A stretch of DNA of 64,000 nucleotides from Meyerozyma guilliermondii (Eukaryota), in NCBI GenBank assembly GCA_051546255.1, contig CP128820.1:248001-312000 (forward strand). Reading direction: 5' to 3'. The translations under genes were made by a program, and so were the position numbers. Below the pieces are notes generated by a model. It searched no databases. It was not told where the DNA came from and saw nothing but the letters and a program-made list of their open reading frames with translations. This document shows positions 11,879-23,492 of the stretch, one piece after another (position 1 is the stretch's first letter; each line of letters begins with the position of its first letter).

Positions 11879-12530
11879 GGAATTTTGCGAACATCAACGG
11901 CAGCGCAAGTTCTTATAGCACAGATAGCGAGCCGCATGTATGCAAACTAAGCAGGCTTAGATTACGAAATAAGCGCTTACGATAAGAAAATGGACTGGCT
12001 GCAGGTTTCAATGCACCAATGAGAGTCGGTTGCTCGGGGTGGGTGCAGGAGTTCTCGGCAATGACTCTTTAAAATTCGGTGGTATTTCCATTTATAGACT
12101 AAATCCGTGCTCTCATTATGTGTCATTTTCATCCCCGCGACGCACGGCGCGAGTGAAAAATCGGTGCGGCGAGGAGAAAATGTCAATAAAAGGAGGAAAG
12201 GAAGTGTGCAATTAAACTTTGAGCGGGTGATGTATAGTAGGAAGCGAGATGAACTTTTATGACATATGTTTTTGATTTCTCAAGAGAATGCTAAGATTTT
12301 GCAACCATCAAGTCAGTCTACAGTTATGATTCTCTTTCATATTTATAGACCAAGATCAGAAGACATTATACTTCGTATAAGCGTGCAGCGTTTATTACAT
12401 GCATGAGTTGCAATAAGCGTATAAAAGTCGTAATTACCATCCAATAGGTATTGCGCCTGTAATAATTTAACTCAATGATTCAGGGTTGCATTACCCTTGC
12501 TAGCCTTTATGTTTGTGTCTTGTCTTGCCT

Positions 12531-13667
12531 CTATAGCACAGCGTAGATACTTATCACCAAAATCACTATACCAACCGCCGAAGTAAGTTGGACAAATCGT
12601 CGATTGTGGACCTTCTGTGAGTACTCTCGGTACCTTTTGTGCACATATTCAAGGGTCTCAACCTTTGCGCTGAACTCATCGGTGATTTGAGCTTTATTGG
12701 TATTTATCAATTGCCTTGATGCATTGAGCCGAGACTCGAGGGTATCAAGAGTCTGAACCAAGTCTGAAAGCTTGGCGATATTAGTGCTGATTTCTTGCCG
12801 ATAATGGCCTTTGGTTTCGTCTTTATTGTGGATCAGTTCAGTAAGCAAGGTTTCCACCAGCAAATGAAGTTGCCGCAAGTATTTTTGAAGCATGCTCAAT
12901 TCCACCAAAATTGTAGGTGTAATCGGATCAGAAAGTATCGAGTGTCTAGTTTGAGACAAGAATCGCTCAGAAATCGAGTCAAGAATGTCTCGAAGTGGCT
13001 GCAAGCCAGCTTCCAGTGAATGTTCGTTGCCTAGTATAGTGTCGATATTAAGCAAATGGTGAACGAGCTTATCGTCCAAGCCAACCAGATTATCCATGGG
13101 AGTATACTCATAGCCCCCAGAATTAATAATCCGATCAAAATGGTCTTCCAGAAGTTCCGTTTCGATCGAAGGTCGGTGGTTCGCCTCTCCACTTAAAGCT
13201 CCCGAACGGGCAAGAAGTTGCCGCATATCTGCAACACTGTTGTTGTTGCTGCTTGACCGGCTCTTGTTCATGTCGTTTATGGCATTGTAGAATTGGTTTA
13301 CCAACCGGCTCTTATCATTTGGTTGGGTAGGTACACTTCGAATGACAGGACTAGGTCTCGATTTTTCTTCGTCGTGGCGAAGTTCCATGGCTCGTGTCGA
13401 TTTCCTCGGTGACACTGAGTTATTACCAGCCGCTGGGAACCCTTTGGCAGAAGTAGACGACTTGGTACGAACATGGAGTTGGGGTCTCGGTATTACTAAA
13501 CGAGACACATTTCCCGCTGACGATGATCTGGGTACATTTTGGTTTACACTCAGCTTTGAATTTCCATTGGCTGACTTCCCAGGGGTAGCGGGAGTGTCGC
13601 TGATACCACCGCTGGCGTCAAAGTCGACGTCTGCTGCAGATAGTCGTTGAATGTCTGGAGCTACCAT
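12531..13667 (-). CDS. Hypothetical tail-anchored protein: Ser-rich N-terminus, coiled coil, one C-terminal TM helix
   Basis: 378-aa ATG ORF with a heptad-like region near aa 250-350, ending in the hydrophobic stretch FVQLTSAVGIVILVISIYAVL. Confidence 0.8.
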   Translation of the reverse strand: MVAPDIQRLSAADVDFDASGGISDTPATPGKSANGNSKLSVNQNVPRSSSAGNVSRLVIPRPQLHVRTKSSTSAKGFPAAGNNSVSPRKSTRAMELRHDEEKSRPSPVIRSVPTQPNDKSRLVNQFYNAINDMNKSRSSSNNNSVADMRQLLARSGALSGEANHRPSIETELLEDHFDRIINSGGYEYTPMDNLVGLDDKLVHHLLNIDTILGNEHSLEAGLQPLRDILDSISERFLSQTRHSILSDPITPTILVELSMLQKYLRQLHLLVETLLTELIHNKDETKGHYRQEISTNIAKLSDLVQTLDTLESRLNASRQLINTNKAQITDEFSAKVETLEYVHKRYREYSQKVHNRRFVQLTSAVGIVILVISIYAVL

Positions 13668-13862
13668 GCTGCGGATAAAAGAATGGGGAATTTTGAGAGT
13701 GGGTGTGCAGGAAAAAGACCAAGAGCATCTACAAAAATCTAGAAATGATTAGTGTTTGACTTCGAAGCCGTATGAGCCAATTTAGTCAATTGTATCATCT
13801 GGTGATTCTTTGGTAATGGGGAGCTTCCTTTACAATGACAATTATATTTATTATCTTGCAGT

Positions 13863-16800
13863 CTATTTTGCAGCAGCAGAGCCTCTTCCACCAGCTCCAG
13901 ATGCAATGAGATCGAGTGTTTCCTGGCTCAATTCTATGTCTGGCAATTTGTCTCCGCCAGAAGGTGGGCTGAACAAGAACCCAGTTTTCACAAGATAGCT
14001 GATATAGATACCCATCTGGGCAACATCAACTCCTGCACCTTGAGACCGGTCTACACCAGTATACTTGTGGTCTGCCTTCAACGACTTCACTGCCATGGCA
14101 TCGTCTAATTCGGGTGCTTTTGTGTTTTGGGGCAAGTTATCGAGCACAAAGTGAAGCAATGGGAACAATGCCGAGTCGGATTTTTCAACGACATATCTCT
14201 CCAATGATACCTTCCAAGATGGATAATCATCCAATTGAAGTTTAAAGCCATACTTCTTAAGTACGCTGATAAACTCATTCATACGGATTCTGGGGTGGCC
14301 CGTGACTTGAGCAACGGGCAAAATGTCCTGTGCTGGTGGGTGCAATGCCGTAGCGGTGACAACACTGGCGACATGATCGACTGGAACCCAGTTGACGGTG
14401 TTCGAGATATCAGGGTATGATTCCAACTCAGCACAACCCTTGAGCATTCTCAAGAGGAAATCGTCGGTGTTGGAAGCTCCAGTCTGAGAAAACCCTCCAA
14501 CGTATCCTGGACGAGTAATACACCCTCTTAACCCACGGTCTCCAGCAGCACGAACTATGTATTCTGCCGACCACTTGGACTGACCATAACCAGTTCCAAG
14601 ACCCTCAGCACTACCACTCAAGTCATCTGACTCAGGTACTCCAGGAAGTCCCTTACTGGTGAGTTCATCCGACAAACGGAAGTAATGCTCAGTGTCCAAT
14701 GCAGATGTCGAAGACACGAACGAAAATTGCTTGGGCTTTCCAACTCCACACAAATTCATTATTTCAATAGTGGAAATGACGTTAGCATCTCTCAACTTGG
14801 AGTATGGATACACCCAGTGAACAAGTGCACCGTTGTGAACAATGACATCCACCAAATCGGCAAATTCCTTGTATTCTGTTTCACCCCATCCAAATTTGGG
14901 TTTGCTCAAATCTCCCAAAACGACCTCAATCTTTGCGGACCAAGACTCGTCCCAGATGCCATAAGTCTTTCCCGCATCTCTCAAACGCTTTAAGCCAGCT
15001 TCCTTACTAGCAGCACGTACATGAGCATACACTTTGAAGTTGCAATCTGGACGACTAACGAGCAAATCACGAAGGATAAACGATCCTAAGAAACCAGTAG
15101 CTCCAGTAAGGAACACATTAATTTGCTTGGAGAAGTCAAGAGGAGGCGCTGACTTATAAGACGAAAGAAGCTGAGTCTTCACCAATTCTTTTGCGTCGGA
15201 GGCATAGTCCACCTTTTCAGAGGAGGCATCCTCAACATTATTTTCTCCGTCCGCAAGCTGGAAGTCGTTACCCTTGATAAACTTGTTAATTTCCTTTGAA
15301 AACAGCTCGATGGTTGGATTGCTGAAGATAACACCCAAGGGCACATCGACATGCAATCTCTTCCGCAACTCAAAAATCATTCTGGTTGCGAGAATCGAAT
15401 GGCCTCCCAAGTCAAAGAAAGACTCACTCTTGGAAATGGTTGCGGGATGTGTTGGTAACACTTCCACCCACAAATCATGAATAGTTTTTTCAAATTCATT
15501 GAGGTCTTCCTTTTCTGTTTCGGTGGATTTGTTCAACTTTGAGGCGGCAGCCAATTGCGCAGTATCTGGGAAGGGTAACCTTGGCTTGTCGACTTTTCCA
15601 TTAGGATTAAGAGGTAATTTGGCTAAAGGCACCACAAAAGTGGGAACAGCATACGATGCCAATCTCTTTTTCAAGTGGGCTTTAATGTCCTTGATGAGCT
15701 CGGCGTAAATGGCAAGACCTTCAACGACAGGATCAGGCTTCTCCAACTCACCCACCTCAGCTTTAAAGTTCTTCAAATCAGGAGTATCCTTTGGAACAAT
15801 ATAGGAGATAAGGGTTGGCTCTTCATTTTTGTCTCTTCTAACCAAAGTCACATTTTCTCTGACTAATGGATGCTGGGACAAATGAGTGTCGATTTCACCA
15901 AGTTCTATTCTGAATCCTCTGATTTTCACCTGATCATCAGCACGTCCACAACACTCGACATCTCCTGAGGGAGTATACCGGCCCAAATCTCCAGTTCTGT
16001 ACAATCTGTCTCTGGGCCCGAACCAGCCTTCTTGTCTCCATGTCTCAGACAGTTTAGCATTTGCTTTATCGAGTTCAACCCACACGTTAGGATCAACGTA
16101 CCAATTGGTTACAAATTTCTCCTTGTTCAAATCTGGGAGTCCTCTGTAACCCTCGGCAAGTCCAGCAGCACGAACATAAATTTCGCCCACTTCTCCAACA
16201 CCACAAGTTTGAGTTCTGTCCTTCCTGTTCACCACCAAAAGCTGGACGTTTTTCATTCCTCTACCGGCTGGCATAACATCTTTCAATGTCTTGAGGAACA
16301 CTGGATCTTCGCTTCTGCTCTTGATCTCGAAATAAGAAACAGCCCTTTGAGTCTCGGTGGTACCATACATATTCACAATAGTAACATTTTCAGCGAGACT
16401 TTGTAACCTTAAACAATCTCGTTTGGTGAGAATATCTCCGACGAAGAAGGCATGATGCAAGGATGGAATTGGTGTGGTTGCCTCAGCACTCAACAATTGA
16501 CCCATAGCCGGGGTCAAATGGGTCACGGTCGCACCATACTCTGCGATCCATTCAGCCAACTTTCCAGGAGTTCCTATATCATCAGCTGTGGGAATTATCA
16601 ACTGGGCACCCAAGAACAATGGGGTGAACATATCTCTCTGAATTGGATCATGAGCAATTCCCGAAAGCATGGTAAACTTATCATCTGCCGACAAGTTGAA
16701 CTTTTCGCTCATCCATGGGAAATAATAGGCCAAAGAGTAGTGACGACCTAAAACACCCTTTGGAATTCCTTCGGATCCTGAAGTGAATGATAGCGTTGGA

Positions 16801-18032
16801 TTTGAGTCGGGACCAACCTTGACTCCAGTAGGTGACGAAGCAAGACTCTGATAATCTTCAAGACAGTCTCTTGTTTGCCCTTCCAACTTTCCACCTTGCA
16901 ACGAACCATCGTCGTTGACTCGCATTTGCGGAATGGTGGTTATAACCTCCAATTCGTCCTTGATGTAATTCTTAACCAAGTCATCCAAAACACCCGCTTT
17001 CTCCAACACGATAAGACCTTGAGGACGAGCCACTGACAAGTATATGTTCTGACGAGCTGGAGGGTATGCAATGTCGATAACGGAGAAAGTAGCACCGGCT
17101 TTAAGTACACCCATCACTGCGATCATAAGATCCACACCTCTATGAGCGTAGATCATAACAATATCACCTTTCTTGATTCCAGTTTCCTTTAAATAGTTAC
17201 CCACCAAATTTGAAGTTTCGTTGATTTGTTTGTAGGTGAAAGTACGAGTCTTTGAGGCGGGATCTAAGAAAGACTTTGTTTCAACCACACATGTTTTGGA
17301 AGGATGACGAGCTGCGTTCTCCATGAATATGTCCTGGATAGCACCACGGAAACCGGACCAGTCCAAATCGGTGGTAGGATCTGGAAGTTGGTCGATTTGA
17401 CTTTTCGTGATGAGGCTTACTTTGGCAATTTCAACCTCAGCATTATCACTAACACCTGAAGCAAAAGCATTGAACTGCTCAGCCATGATACTTATACGTT
17501 CATTCTTGTAGAGAAGCGAGTTGTAAAAGAACTCTAGTGTCTTGTTGGTCTCGGACATGAACACGGCCACATCTACCGTCGAACCCACGGCCAAGTTTGA
17601 AAGTTGTTGCAATGGCTTTGAGTGCTGGAAACTCAATTTGAACAATCCTGGCTCATCGTCCAATCCCTTGGATGCCTTGATACGACGGGCGACTTCGTCT
17701 AACGTTTGGTAGTTGATATGGCTGGTTGCAGTCTTGATCTCATGTTCAACTTTGGCACGCAATTCTTTGAAAGTAGTGGACTCAGCAATGGCCAATCTCA
17801 CAATAAGCGGCTTGCCATCCTCCGTATCTGTCGCAATTACCACATCTTCATCTCCTGTTAATCTGTAGATAAGTGCAGCGAATGTTGCAAGACCAGCGGT
17901 GAAGGAAAAATTGGAGGCAAGATTTACTTGATAGTTGGCTTCAACCGACGAGTTATTGACGGGCTTGAGGAAATCATGTGGGAGCACTGACAACGTAGGA
18001 TTGTCCAAGTAGTCGATCCAGAAGTCAGACAT
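13863..18032 (-). CDS. LYS2: L-aminoadipate-semialdehyde dehydrogenase (alpha-aminoadipate reductase, A-T-R domains)
   Basis: [18 protein letters not shown], phosphopantetheine site FFDLGGHSI, and reductase motifs TGATGFLG and YGQSK. Likely ATG at 18032 (another in-frame ATG at 18083). Confidence 0.97.
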   Translation of the reverse strand: MSDFWIDYLDNPTLSVLPHDFLKPVNNSSVEANYQVNLASNFSFTAGLATFAALIYRLTGDEDVVIATDTEDGKPLIVRLAIAESTTFKELRAKVEHEIKTATSHINYQTLDEVARRIKASKGLDDEPGLFKLSFQHSKPLQQLSNLAVGSTVDVAVFMSETNKTLEFFYNSLLYKNERISIMAEQFNAFASGVSDNAEVEIAKVSLITKSQIDQLPDPTTDLDWSGFRGAIQDIFMENAARHPSKTCVVETKSFLDPASKTRTFTYKQINETSNLVGNYLKETGIKKGDIVMIYAHRGVDLMIAVMGVLKAGATFSVIDIAYPPARQNIYLSVARPQGLIVLEKAGVLDDLVKNYIKDELEVITTIPQMRVNDDGSLQGGKLEGQTRDCLEDYQSLASSPTGVKVGPDSNPTLSFTSGSEGIPKGVLGRHYSLAYYFPWMSEKFNLSADDKFTMLSGIAHDPIQRDMFTPLFLGAQLIIPTADDIGTPGKLAEWIAEYGATVTHLTPAMGQLLSAEATTPIPSLHHAFFVGDILTKRDCLRLQSLAENVTIVNMYGTTETQRAVSYFEIKSRSEDPVFLKTLKDVMPAGRGMKNVQLLVVNRKDRTQTCGVGEVGEIYVRAAGLAEGYRGLPDLNKEKFVTNWYVDPNVWVELDKANAKLSETWRQEGWFGPRDRLYRTGDLGRYTPSGDVECCGRADDQVKIRGFRIELGEIDTHLSQHPLVRENVTLVRRDKNEEPTLISYIVPKDTPDLKNFKAEVGELEKPDPVVEGLAIYAELIKDIKAHLKKRLASYAVPTFVVPLAKLPLNPNGKVDKPRLPFPDTAQLAAASKLNKSTETEKEDLNEFEKTIHDLWVEVLPTHPATISKSESFFDLGGHSILATRMIFELRKRLHVDVPLGVIFSNPTIELFSKEINKFIKGNDFQLADGENNVEDASSEKVDYASDAKELVKTQLLSSYKSAPPLDFSKQINVFLTGATGFLGSFILRDLLVSRPDCNFKVYAHVRAASKEAGLKRLRDAGKTYGIWDESWSAKIEVVLGDLSKPKFGWGETEYKEFADLVDVIVHNGALVHWVYPYSKLRDANVISTIEIMNLCGVGKPKQFSFVSSTSALDTEHYFRLSDELTSKGLPGVPESDDLSGSAEGLGTGYGQSKWSAEYIVRAAGDRGLRGCITRPGYVGGFSQTGASNTDDFLLRMLKGCAELESYPDISNTVNWVPVDHVASVVTATALHPPAQDILPVAQVTGHPRIRMNEFISVLKKYGFKLQLDDYPSWKVSLERYVVEKSDSALFPLLHFVLDNLPQNTKAPELDDAMAVKSLKADHKYTGVDRSQGAGVDVAQMGIYISYLVKTGFLFSPPSGGDKLPDIELSQETLDLIASGAGGRGSAAAK

Positions 18033-18090
18033 GATTTTGATTGGTACTGTAGTGGTGAAAAATGTGAGACTCGAGAGTCGCATGCAGTCT

Positions 18091-18099
18091 ATGAGTCAT
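18091..18099. promoter_or_regulatory. Gcn4 binding site upstream of LYS2
   Basis: Perfect ATGAGTCAT about 60 bp upstream of the LYS2 ATG. LYS genes are classic Gcn4 targets. Confidence 0.75.
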
Positions 18100-18139
18100 G
18101 AGCATAGAGGAGGAAATGTTTTAAGAAAGGAAACTAGGT

Positions 18140-18192
18140 TGTCTTGTGTGATGGTAGAAATGTCTGTGTGATGTAGTAGCAATGTCTGTGTT
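18140..18192. repeat. Degenerate ~21-bp tandem repeat (TGTCTGTGTGATG core, about 2.5 copies)
   Basis: tgtcttgtgtgatggtagaaa / tgtctgtgtgatgtagtagcaa / tgtctgtgtt. Confidence 0.6.
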
Positions 18193-18764
18193 GGTTTGAA
18201 GAGATTTAAGGTTGGAAAATATAAAGAAATTTAAGACGGGATTGATTTTGAGGAAGTGATTCATAACCAATTGGATATTTTAATATGGCTGAAATCAGAA
18301 AGCAAAGCAGGATTCTATGATGATCATTGCAATCGCTAAGAAGATTTAGGAAATCTTATTTTTTTTACCAACGATTAAAATTGCAGCCGTCTGAGTACTT
18401 TTGTGCTGCGAAATGCATAAAGCCTGATGAAATAGACGTTTAAATTCCAACGAAATTTCATTTTCAGAATACACATTCAAACTGTTACATTCGGAGTGAT
18501 TTTACCCATTTAGTACTGAATGTTGGCTGTTTGTCAGTTTTGCTAAAACTGTATGATACAATTGCACAAATCAACTCCAGTCTCTAAAGCCTATTAACTA
18601 CTATTGGTCAATAAGGGCTAATAAAGCATGACAGAGCACTTTTATACATATACTCATCATGTTTTCGACTCAATCATTTTAGGACAAGCACCATTACTTG
18701 CCCGTTGGTGCACAAAAATCCTCAATTCGCGACTCTCTTTTTTATATTCAACAACCCTCTGAAA

Positions 18765-19904
18765 ATGATCAGGTGGTTACTATTTCTTGTATATCTCCCC
18801 TTATTTATTGCTTCGCCAGGTGACGACTTGGACGAATTCGACGAGTGCAGACACCGATGTGAATCAATAACGTGTAATTATAGACTTTTCGAATCGGATC
18901 CAAATCGATATCATCGATCTGTTGCCAATTTTAACGAAAAAAATAGATTCGACTGGAATTTCGATCCCTTGCCCTTACCAAAGCACTTGAAACTACTTTA
19001 TTGGACGTGTGAACAGAATTGTGACTATCAATGTCAGCGTTTGGTCACCCAGCAACGCGTGGACGAAAAGGAAGAAGTGCTTCAATTTCACGGTAAATGG
19101 CCATTTTTACGAGTTTTCGGCATCCAGGAATTTGCTTCCATGATATTTTCCATTGGTAATTTGCTTGTTCACTTGCAAGGATTGCGGAAAATAAAGCACC
19201 AAATTGATACTTCACCACCTCACTATGGACTGTACTTTCATAATATCTTGATTGTGTCAGTTGTAACCCTGGCAGCGTGGATATGCTCCACCATATTCCA
19301 CATTCGAGACTTTGAACTCACAGAAAGATTAGACTACTTTTTGGCTGGTCTCACAGTATTGACTGGTTTCCATGCTGTGTTTGCTCGAGTTTATCGATTA
19401 TATCTTCCCGACCGGAAATTATGGCTGGCCGCTTTCACCGCATTGTGTGTGGCCTTGTACTCTGGTCATGTGTACCACTTGGTGACTGACTGGCTGTACA
19501 CCTACAATATGAGGGCCAATATATTTATTGGAATTTTACAGAACATATGCTGGGCTATGTTGTGTTTCGATTTGTACATTCGGTATTACGATGTGGAGCA
19601 TAATCATCCTGAAAAGTCCATGAACTTTGCACGTTACACCAAGTGGAACACGGTTGTTCTCAGTTCGTTTTTCCTTCGCTCGTCTAAGCTTTATTCGCTA
19701 TATCCGCTACTCTTATGTGTCATCGTGATATGTGGCATGGCATTGGAAATTTTTGATTTTGCACCCATTTTTTATGACTTGGTGGATGCTCATTCATTGT
19801 GGCATTTGGTGACGATTTTCCCTGCCTATTACGGGTGGTACGATTGGATGATTTGGGATATCCGCGAGAATGTATGGCAAGATGTTAAGCAAAAAGCCGA
19901 TTAA
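18765..19904 (+). CDS. PER1: GPI lipid-remodelling protein Per1 (PGAP3 family)
   Basis: Signal peptide then [32 protein letters not shown] and DAHSLWH motifs. ATG at 18765. Confidence 0.95.
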   Translation: MIRWLLFLVYLPLFIASPGDDLDEFDECRHRCESITCNYRLFESDPNRYHRSVANFNEKNRFDWNFDPLPLPKHLKLLYWTCEQNCDYQCQRLVTQQRVDEKEEVLQFHGKWPFLRVFGIQEFASMIFSIGNLLVHLQGLRKIKHQIDTSPPHYGLYFHNILIVSVVTLAAWICSTIFHIRDFELTERLDYFLAGLTVLTGFHAVFARVYRLYLPDRKLWLAAFTALCVALYSGHVYHLVTDWLYTYNMRANIFIGILQNICWAMLCFDLYIRYYDVEHNHPEKSMNFARYTKWNTVVLSSFFLRSSKLYSLYPLLLCVIVICGMALEIFDFAPIFYDLVDAHSLWHLVTIFPAYYGWYDWMIWDIRENVWQDVKQKAD

Positions 19905-20791
19905 TCTTCAGCTTCTGGAACGTATGGAGGGGGCTTAAAGTACTCTTGGTCTGCCTTCACCGCCTTACGGAATGCTTCACGATCGTTGACAAATTCGTCC
20001 AAGTATTCAAGTTCCAAGTCATGAACTTGGCGTCCCATCAACACCAATGAATGCAATGGTTCTCCAGAATCATATTCCGCCATTTCCGCCAACGTTCCTG
20101 CTTTGAACGTCTGGGTAGGCAGGCCAAGTCTGGAGATGGCTACACAAGGAGAGTCAGGAGTATATGCCTTCTGTCCCTTCAATTCTTCAATCTCAAGCAT
20201 TTGCTTGGCAGCAGTGGCAATGTCCATATACCGAGGTGGCTCATAAATCAATCTGCCACGAGCCATGTTTTCTATGCTTTGTTCTTTGACTTTTATATCA
20301 AGCAAAAGGAGAGTATGGAGTCCAATTCTACGGTTTTCAAGCACTTTATCATAAAACGAGGCCGGTTTCCAGGTTTCAGTGAAAAACACAAGCGAAACAG
20401 TTTGTCCAAACTGATATAATTGTAATCCACAAGCACCAACTGCGTTCATAACTGAAGCATTGTGGATGGCTTCGACCTTGATTCCAAGCTCTCTAGCACG
20501 AATTATAAGATCTGAATGGGTGGTTGCTCCAAAAGGATCACCCACAACCATAAATGCAATGTCCTCGGTATCGGCGTCCTTCAAGATTTCGTCAGAACCA
20601 CTTTCTACAAGTTCTCTGTCGGCCAAAATCACTTCTCTACCATAGAACTTTTCCAACGATTGTTGATCTGCAGCCATGAGGATGGAAGTGTATGCCTCCA
20701 AATATACACGCTTACATTTTCTGACCACCTCGAGGCCACGTACTGTTATATCTGTCTCATAGGAGAGTCCCAAACCCACTAGGTAGAGCAT
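19901..20791 (-). CDS. DPH5: Diphthine methyl ester synthase
   Basis: [35 protein letters not shown] and [12 protein letters not shown] motifs. Confidence 0.97.
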   Translation of the reverse strand: MLYLVGLGLSYETDITVRGLEVVRKCKRVYLEAYTSILMAADQQSLEKFYGREVILADRELVESGSDEILKDADTEDIAFMVVGDPFGATTHSDLIIRARELGIKVEAIHNASVMNAVGACGLQLYQFGQTVSLVFFTETWKPASFYDKVLENRRIGLHTLLLLDIKVKEQSIENMARGRLIYEPPRYMDIATAAKQMLEIEELKGQKAYTPDSPCVAISRLGLPTQTFKAGTLAEMAEYDSGEPLHSLVLMGRQVHDLELEYLDEFVNDREAFRKAVKADQEYFKPPPYVPEAED

Positions 20792-20881
20792 TGTAAAATG
20801 TTGAAGAAATGCGATGCGAAAGAGTTGATGAGGACGCGCTGGTGTGCGGGTGTCGATTCATAGGAAAGGTGTTGGTATAAG

Positions 20882-21871
20882 CTATATGGAATTTCGCAAC
20901 TTGTCTACTATTTGTACCAAAAACGAGTTTGTGTCTGGACCCACCAACTCTATGATTTTGGCTCCGTAGAGCCGCAATAAATTCTGAGTATACTCTAGTG
21001 ATTTGGTTTCCACCTTCATGTACTCCACTGCTTCTTCCACGAGCTGAAGATTTTGCTGGCGTTGTTTCATATCCATCTGATAGAGGAGTGTTCTAACCGG
21101 AGAGTCCTCTGTCAGGGTGTGTAAACAATGGAGAATTGGCAAGCTCAACTTGCCTTCCACCAAATCTTCACCTTTCATGCCCTTCATATGTGAGTATTTG
21201 TCGTCAACTAAGTTCATAAGGTCATCACGGATCTGGAATACAATCCCGAAGAGATTAGCTATGGCCAACACAGTTGGCTCGTCTTGTGGGGTGCTGAAAG
21301 CTCCCAAGAGTTTAACGGCAAGCCGAAATAATCCTCCGGTTTTGTTCATGATCATTTCCATGTATTCTTCTATCAGCGGGAGCTTGGTTGTCTTGAGATG
21401 ATCCCGCCAGTGTATATCGAGGCCCTGACCATGATGCAAATTGAGCAACTCTTCAACGAGAATATTCAGTATGGACAATGCAATATCATTTTTGTTGTCG
21501 CTAGGGTGGTATTGAGGGAGTTTCTGTTGAGCTGTTTGAAGAGCTACAAAGTACATCAAATTACCACAATTGAGAGTCAGAGCCACCCCGTACTTTGTAT
21601 GGGCAGCAGGAAGACCCCGACGAAACTCAGAGCCATCTTCAATGTCGTCAATTAGGAGTGACGAGTTATGGAACACAGTTATAACTTCGCTAATGGTAGC
21701 GATAGTATCATGGTTGTCGATGGTAAAGTAGAGATCGTTAAAGCTTTTGATAAACTGGGTTCTGATATCGCCATTAGTGCCTGGAATCGCAGCAAGATAA
21801 TCGTACGGAAGACGAATGGCGTCAGGAATCATTTGCGGTTGCGAGTAGATAAGTGTATCGATGAGTTCCAT
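20882..21871 (-). CDS. BTS1: Geranylgeranyl diphosphate synthase
   Basis: HNSSLLIDDIEDGSEFRRG (FARM), HHGQGLD, KTGGLFRL, FQIRDD (SARM) and EDLVEGK. Confidence 0.95.
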   Translation of the reverse strand: MELIDTLIYSQPQMIPDAIRLPYDYLAAIPGTNGDIRTQFIKSFNDLYFTIDNHDTIATISEVITVFHNSSLLIDDIEDGSEFRRGLPAAHTKYGVALTLNCGNLMYFVALQTAQQKLPQYHPSDNKNDIALSILNILVEELLNLHHGQGLDIHWRDHLKTTKLPLIEEYMEMIMNKTGGLFRLAVKLLGAFSTPQDEPTVLAIANLFGIVFQIRDDLMNLVDDKYSHMKGMKGEDLVEGKLSLPILHCLHTLTEDSPVRTLLYQMDMKQRQQNLQLVEEAVEYMKVETKSLEYTQNLLRLYGAKIIELVGPDTNSFLVQIVDKLRNSI

Positions 21872-21962
21872 GAGAAGCGAAACACGAAGTTGATCAAGGA
21901 TGACAAATAGTCATTAATTTGTTCTGTGAGTGTGGTTGTTTAGCCTTGAAAGATAGGACTTC

Positions 21963-22050
21963 AATTGTTGGCTCTAATTGTTGCCTCTAGTGCTTGTCCA
22001 ATTCCTGTCCAATTCTTGTCCAATTATTGCCCCTGTTTGCCTGTTTGCCT
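21963..22050. repeat. Cluster of short tandem repeats in the BTS1-derlin divergent promoter
   Basis: AATTGTTG(G/C)CTCT x2 (21963-21988), C(T/C)TGTCCAATT x3 (21993-22025) and CCTGTTTG x2. Confidence 0.7.
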
Positions 22051-22237
22051 CTATTTCTTGTCAATTCTAAGCAAGCTTAAATAAGGTTTGGTGTCAACAA
22101 GTTTGGTAACTAGTGCCGAATTTGCCCCAAATAGCCTATTTGACTTTTAGGATTTTGCCCGCGCAACGCAACTTTGAAGCGTCATTGTTTCGATTTAGCG
22201 AAACATTCCTCAGCAAATTCTACGTCATTTTCCACAA

Positions 22238-23317
22238 ATGGACCGCGTTGGCCAATTGGTCACCAGAGTGCCTCCAGTAACCCGATACTGGTTGTTACTG
22301 ATTATTGCATCTGCTACCCTCACATCTTTAGGATGGTGTAGTTCCAAGCAACTTTTATTTACGCCTCAAAGAACTTTCTGGTCTCAGCCGTGGCGTCTCA
22401 TCACTGCGTTTTGTCATTTTGAAGGTCTTTCGTTCAGTCTTTTGGTTCGAGTATACTATATGATGGGATCGGCGCTGGATCTAGAGAGCAAATTTACCAC
22501 TCCGTTATCCATGTTTCCTCCACGCCGAATGGCCCGATTAAGTGAGTCAAAACATGCTACGCTACGGGCAATGGTGGAAGCCTACAAAATCCCAGATTAC
22601 TTGTACTACATGGCATCAATTGCTGCTCTGATAATTGTCGTCGTCACCATCGGTTACTACAAACTTGGAATCAATGTAAGCGAATTGAGCACAGTTCTCG
22701 ATTCTGTAATATGGTATATCTGGTGCCGTCAGAACCCTCAGTCTCCGGTGGTGATTTTTGGGCTTTTCAGCATTCCAGGAGCTTATGTTCCTTGGTGCTT
22801 AACTGTGATGCACGCTATCACGCAAATTGACTTTGCTCATCAGGTTTACGCTTCACTTCTGCTTGAGGCGTCGGCTGTCCGCCTGGCGGTGTACATGCCG
22901 TTCCTCTGGAACGAATTTGTCAACTACACCGTGGGCCATTTTTGGTGGTTCTCCAGAGACTTTTTGCTTGCGAATGTCTACTTTGACAAAAACGAAGAAC
23001 GCCGAAAAATCGCATGGTCTGAGACCAGACAGACCCAGCGGGAGTACGCGGGCCGCGGACCGCTTACCACCAGCGATTTGCTTCGATTATTCATGCTTCC
23101 GCCATGGTACTGGAGTATCTTAAATCGGGTAGAGGCGATGCCGGAAAGCGACGAAAACGACGAAAATGAACAAAACCAAAACGACCAAAACGATCAGAAC
23201 GACCAGACTGACGAGATCAGTCAGTTTGAGCAGAACGACCAGATCGAACATAATGAGAACGACCGGCATGTGCTTAATGGAAATGAAAATCAAGTACAAG
23301 TACAAGTACAAGAATGA
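22238..23317 (+). CDS. Derlin (Der1-family rhomboid pseudoprotease) with acidic N/D/Q-rich tail
   Basis: N-terminal VPPVTR, QPWRLIT WR motif, YIWCRQNP, FGLFSIPGAYVPW, and a GH in the last helix; several TM segments. Confidence 0.85.
   Translation: MDRVGQLVTRVPPVTRYWLLLIIASATLTSLGWCSSKQLLFTPQRTFWSQPWRLITAFCHFEGLSFSLLVRVYYMMGSALDLESKFTTPLSMFPPRRMARLSESKHATLRAMVEAYKIPDYLYYMASIAALIIVVVTIGYYKLGINVSELSTVLDSVIWYIWCRQNPQSPVVIFGLFSIPGAYVPWCLTVMHAITQIDFAHQVYASLLLEASAVRLAVYMPFLWNEFVNYTVGHFWWFSRDFLLANVYFDKNEERRKIAWSETRQTQREYAGRGPLTTSDLLRLFMLPPWYWSILNRVEAMPESDENDENEQNQNDQNDQNDQTDEISQFEQNDQIEHNENDRHVLNGNENQVQVQVQE
23150..23312 (+). repeat. Coding minisatellite (NDQ/NDE 9-bp units) and (CAAGTA)x3.7 in the derlin tail
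   Basis: AACGACCAA/AACGATCAG/AACGACCAG units; CAAGTA repeats at 23291-23312. Confidence 0.8.
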
Positions 23318-23492
23318 GAAAGAGCATGAAATCTCAAAGAACGAGATACGATAAAACAACTACGATCATCTTGCCAATAGACTACATCATATTTGCATAC
23401 TACCATACTTTCCTTAACCGCAGCAGTTTCTGCACCCAGACACCGCGCCATCCCTGCACATCCCTCTGATCCGCTCTCATTCACACGTTTCC

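Noticed and set aside
13863..18032. NRPS-like A-T-R enzyme near an ABC transporter as a secondary-metabolite cluster
   Set aside because: The protein is the primary-metabolism Lys2, with a Gcn4 site and no tailoring genes nearby.
602..21871. Rab, Ykt6 and the GGPP synthase BTS1 as a prenylation cluster
   Set aside because: They are dispersed housekeeping genes separated by unrelated loci.
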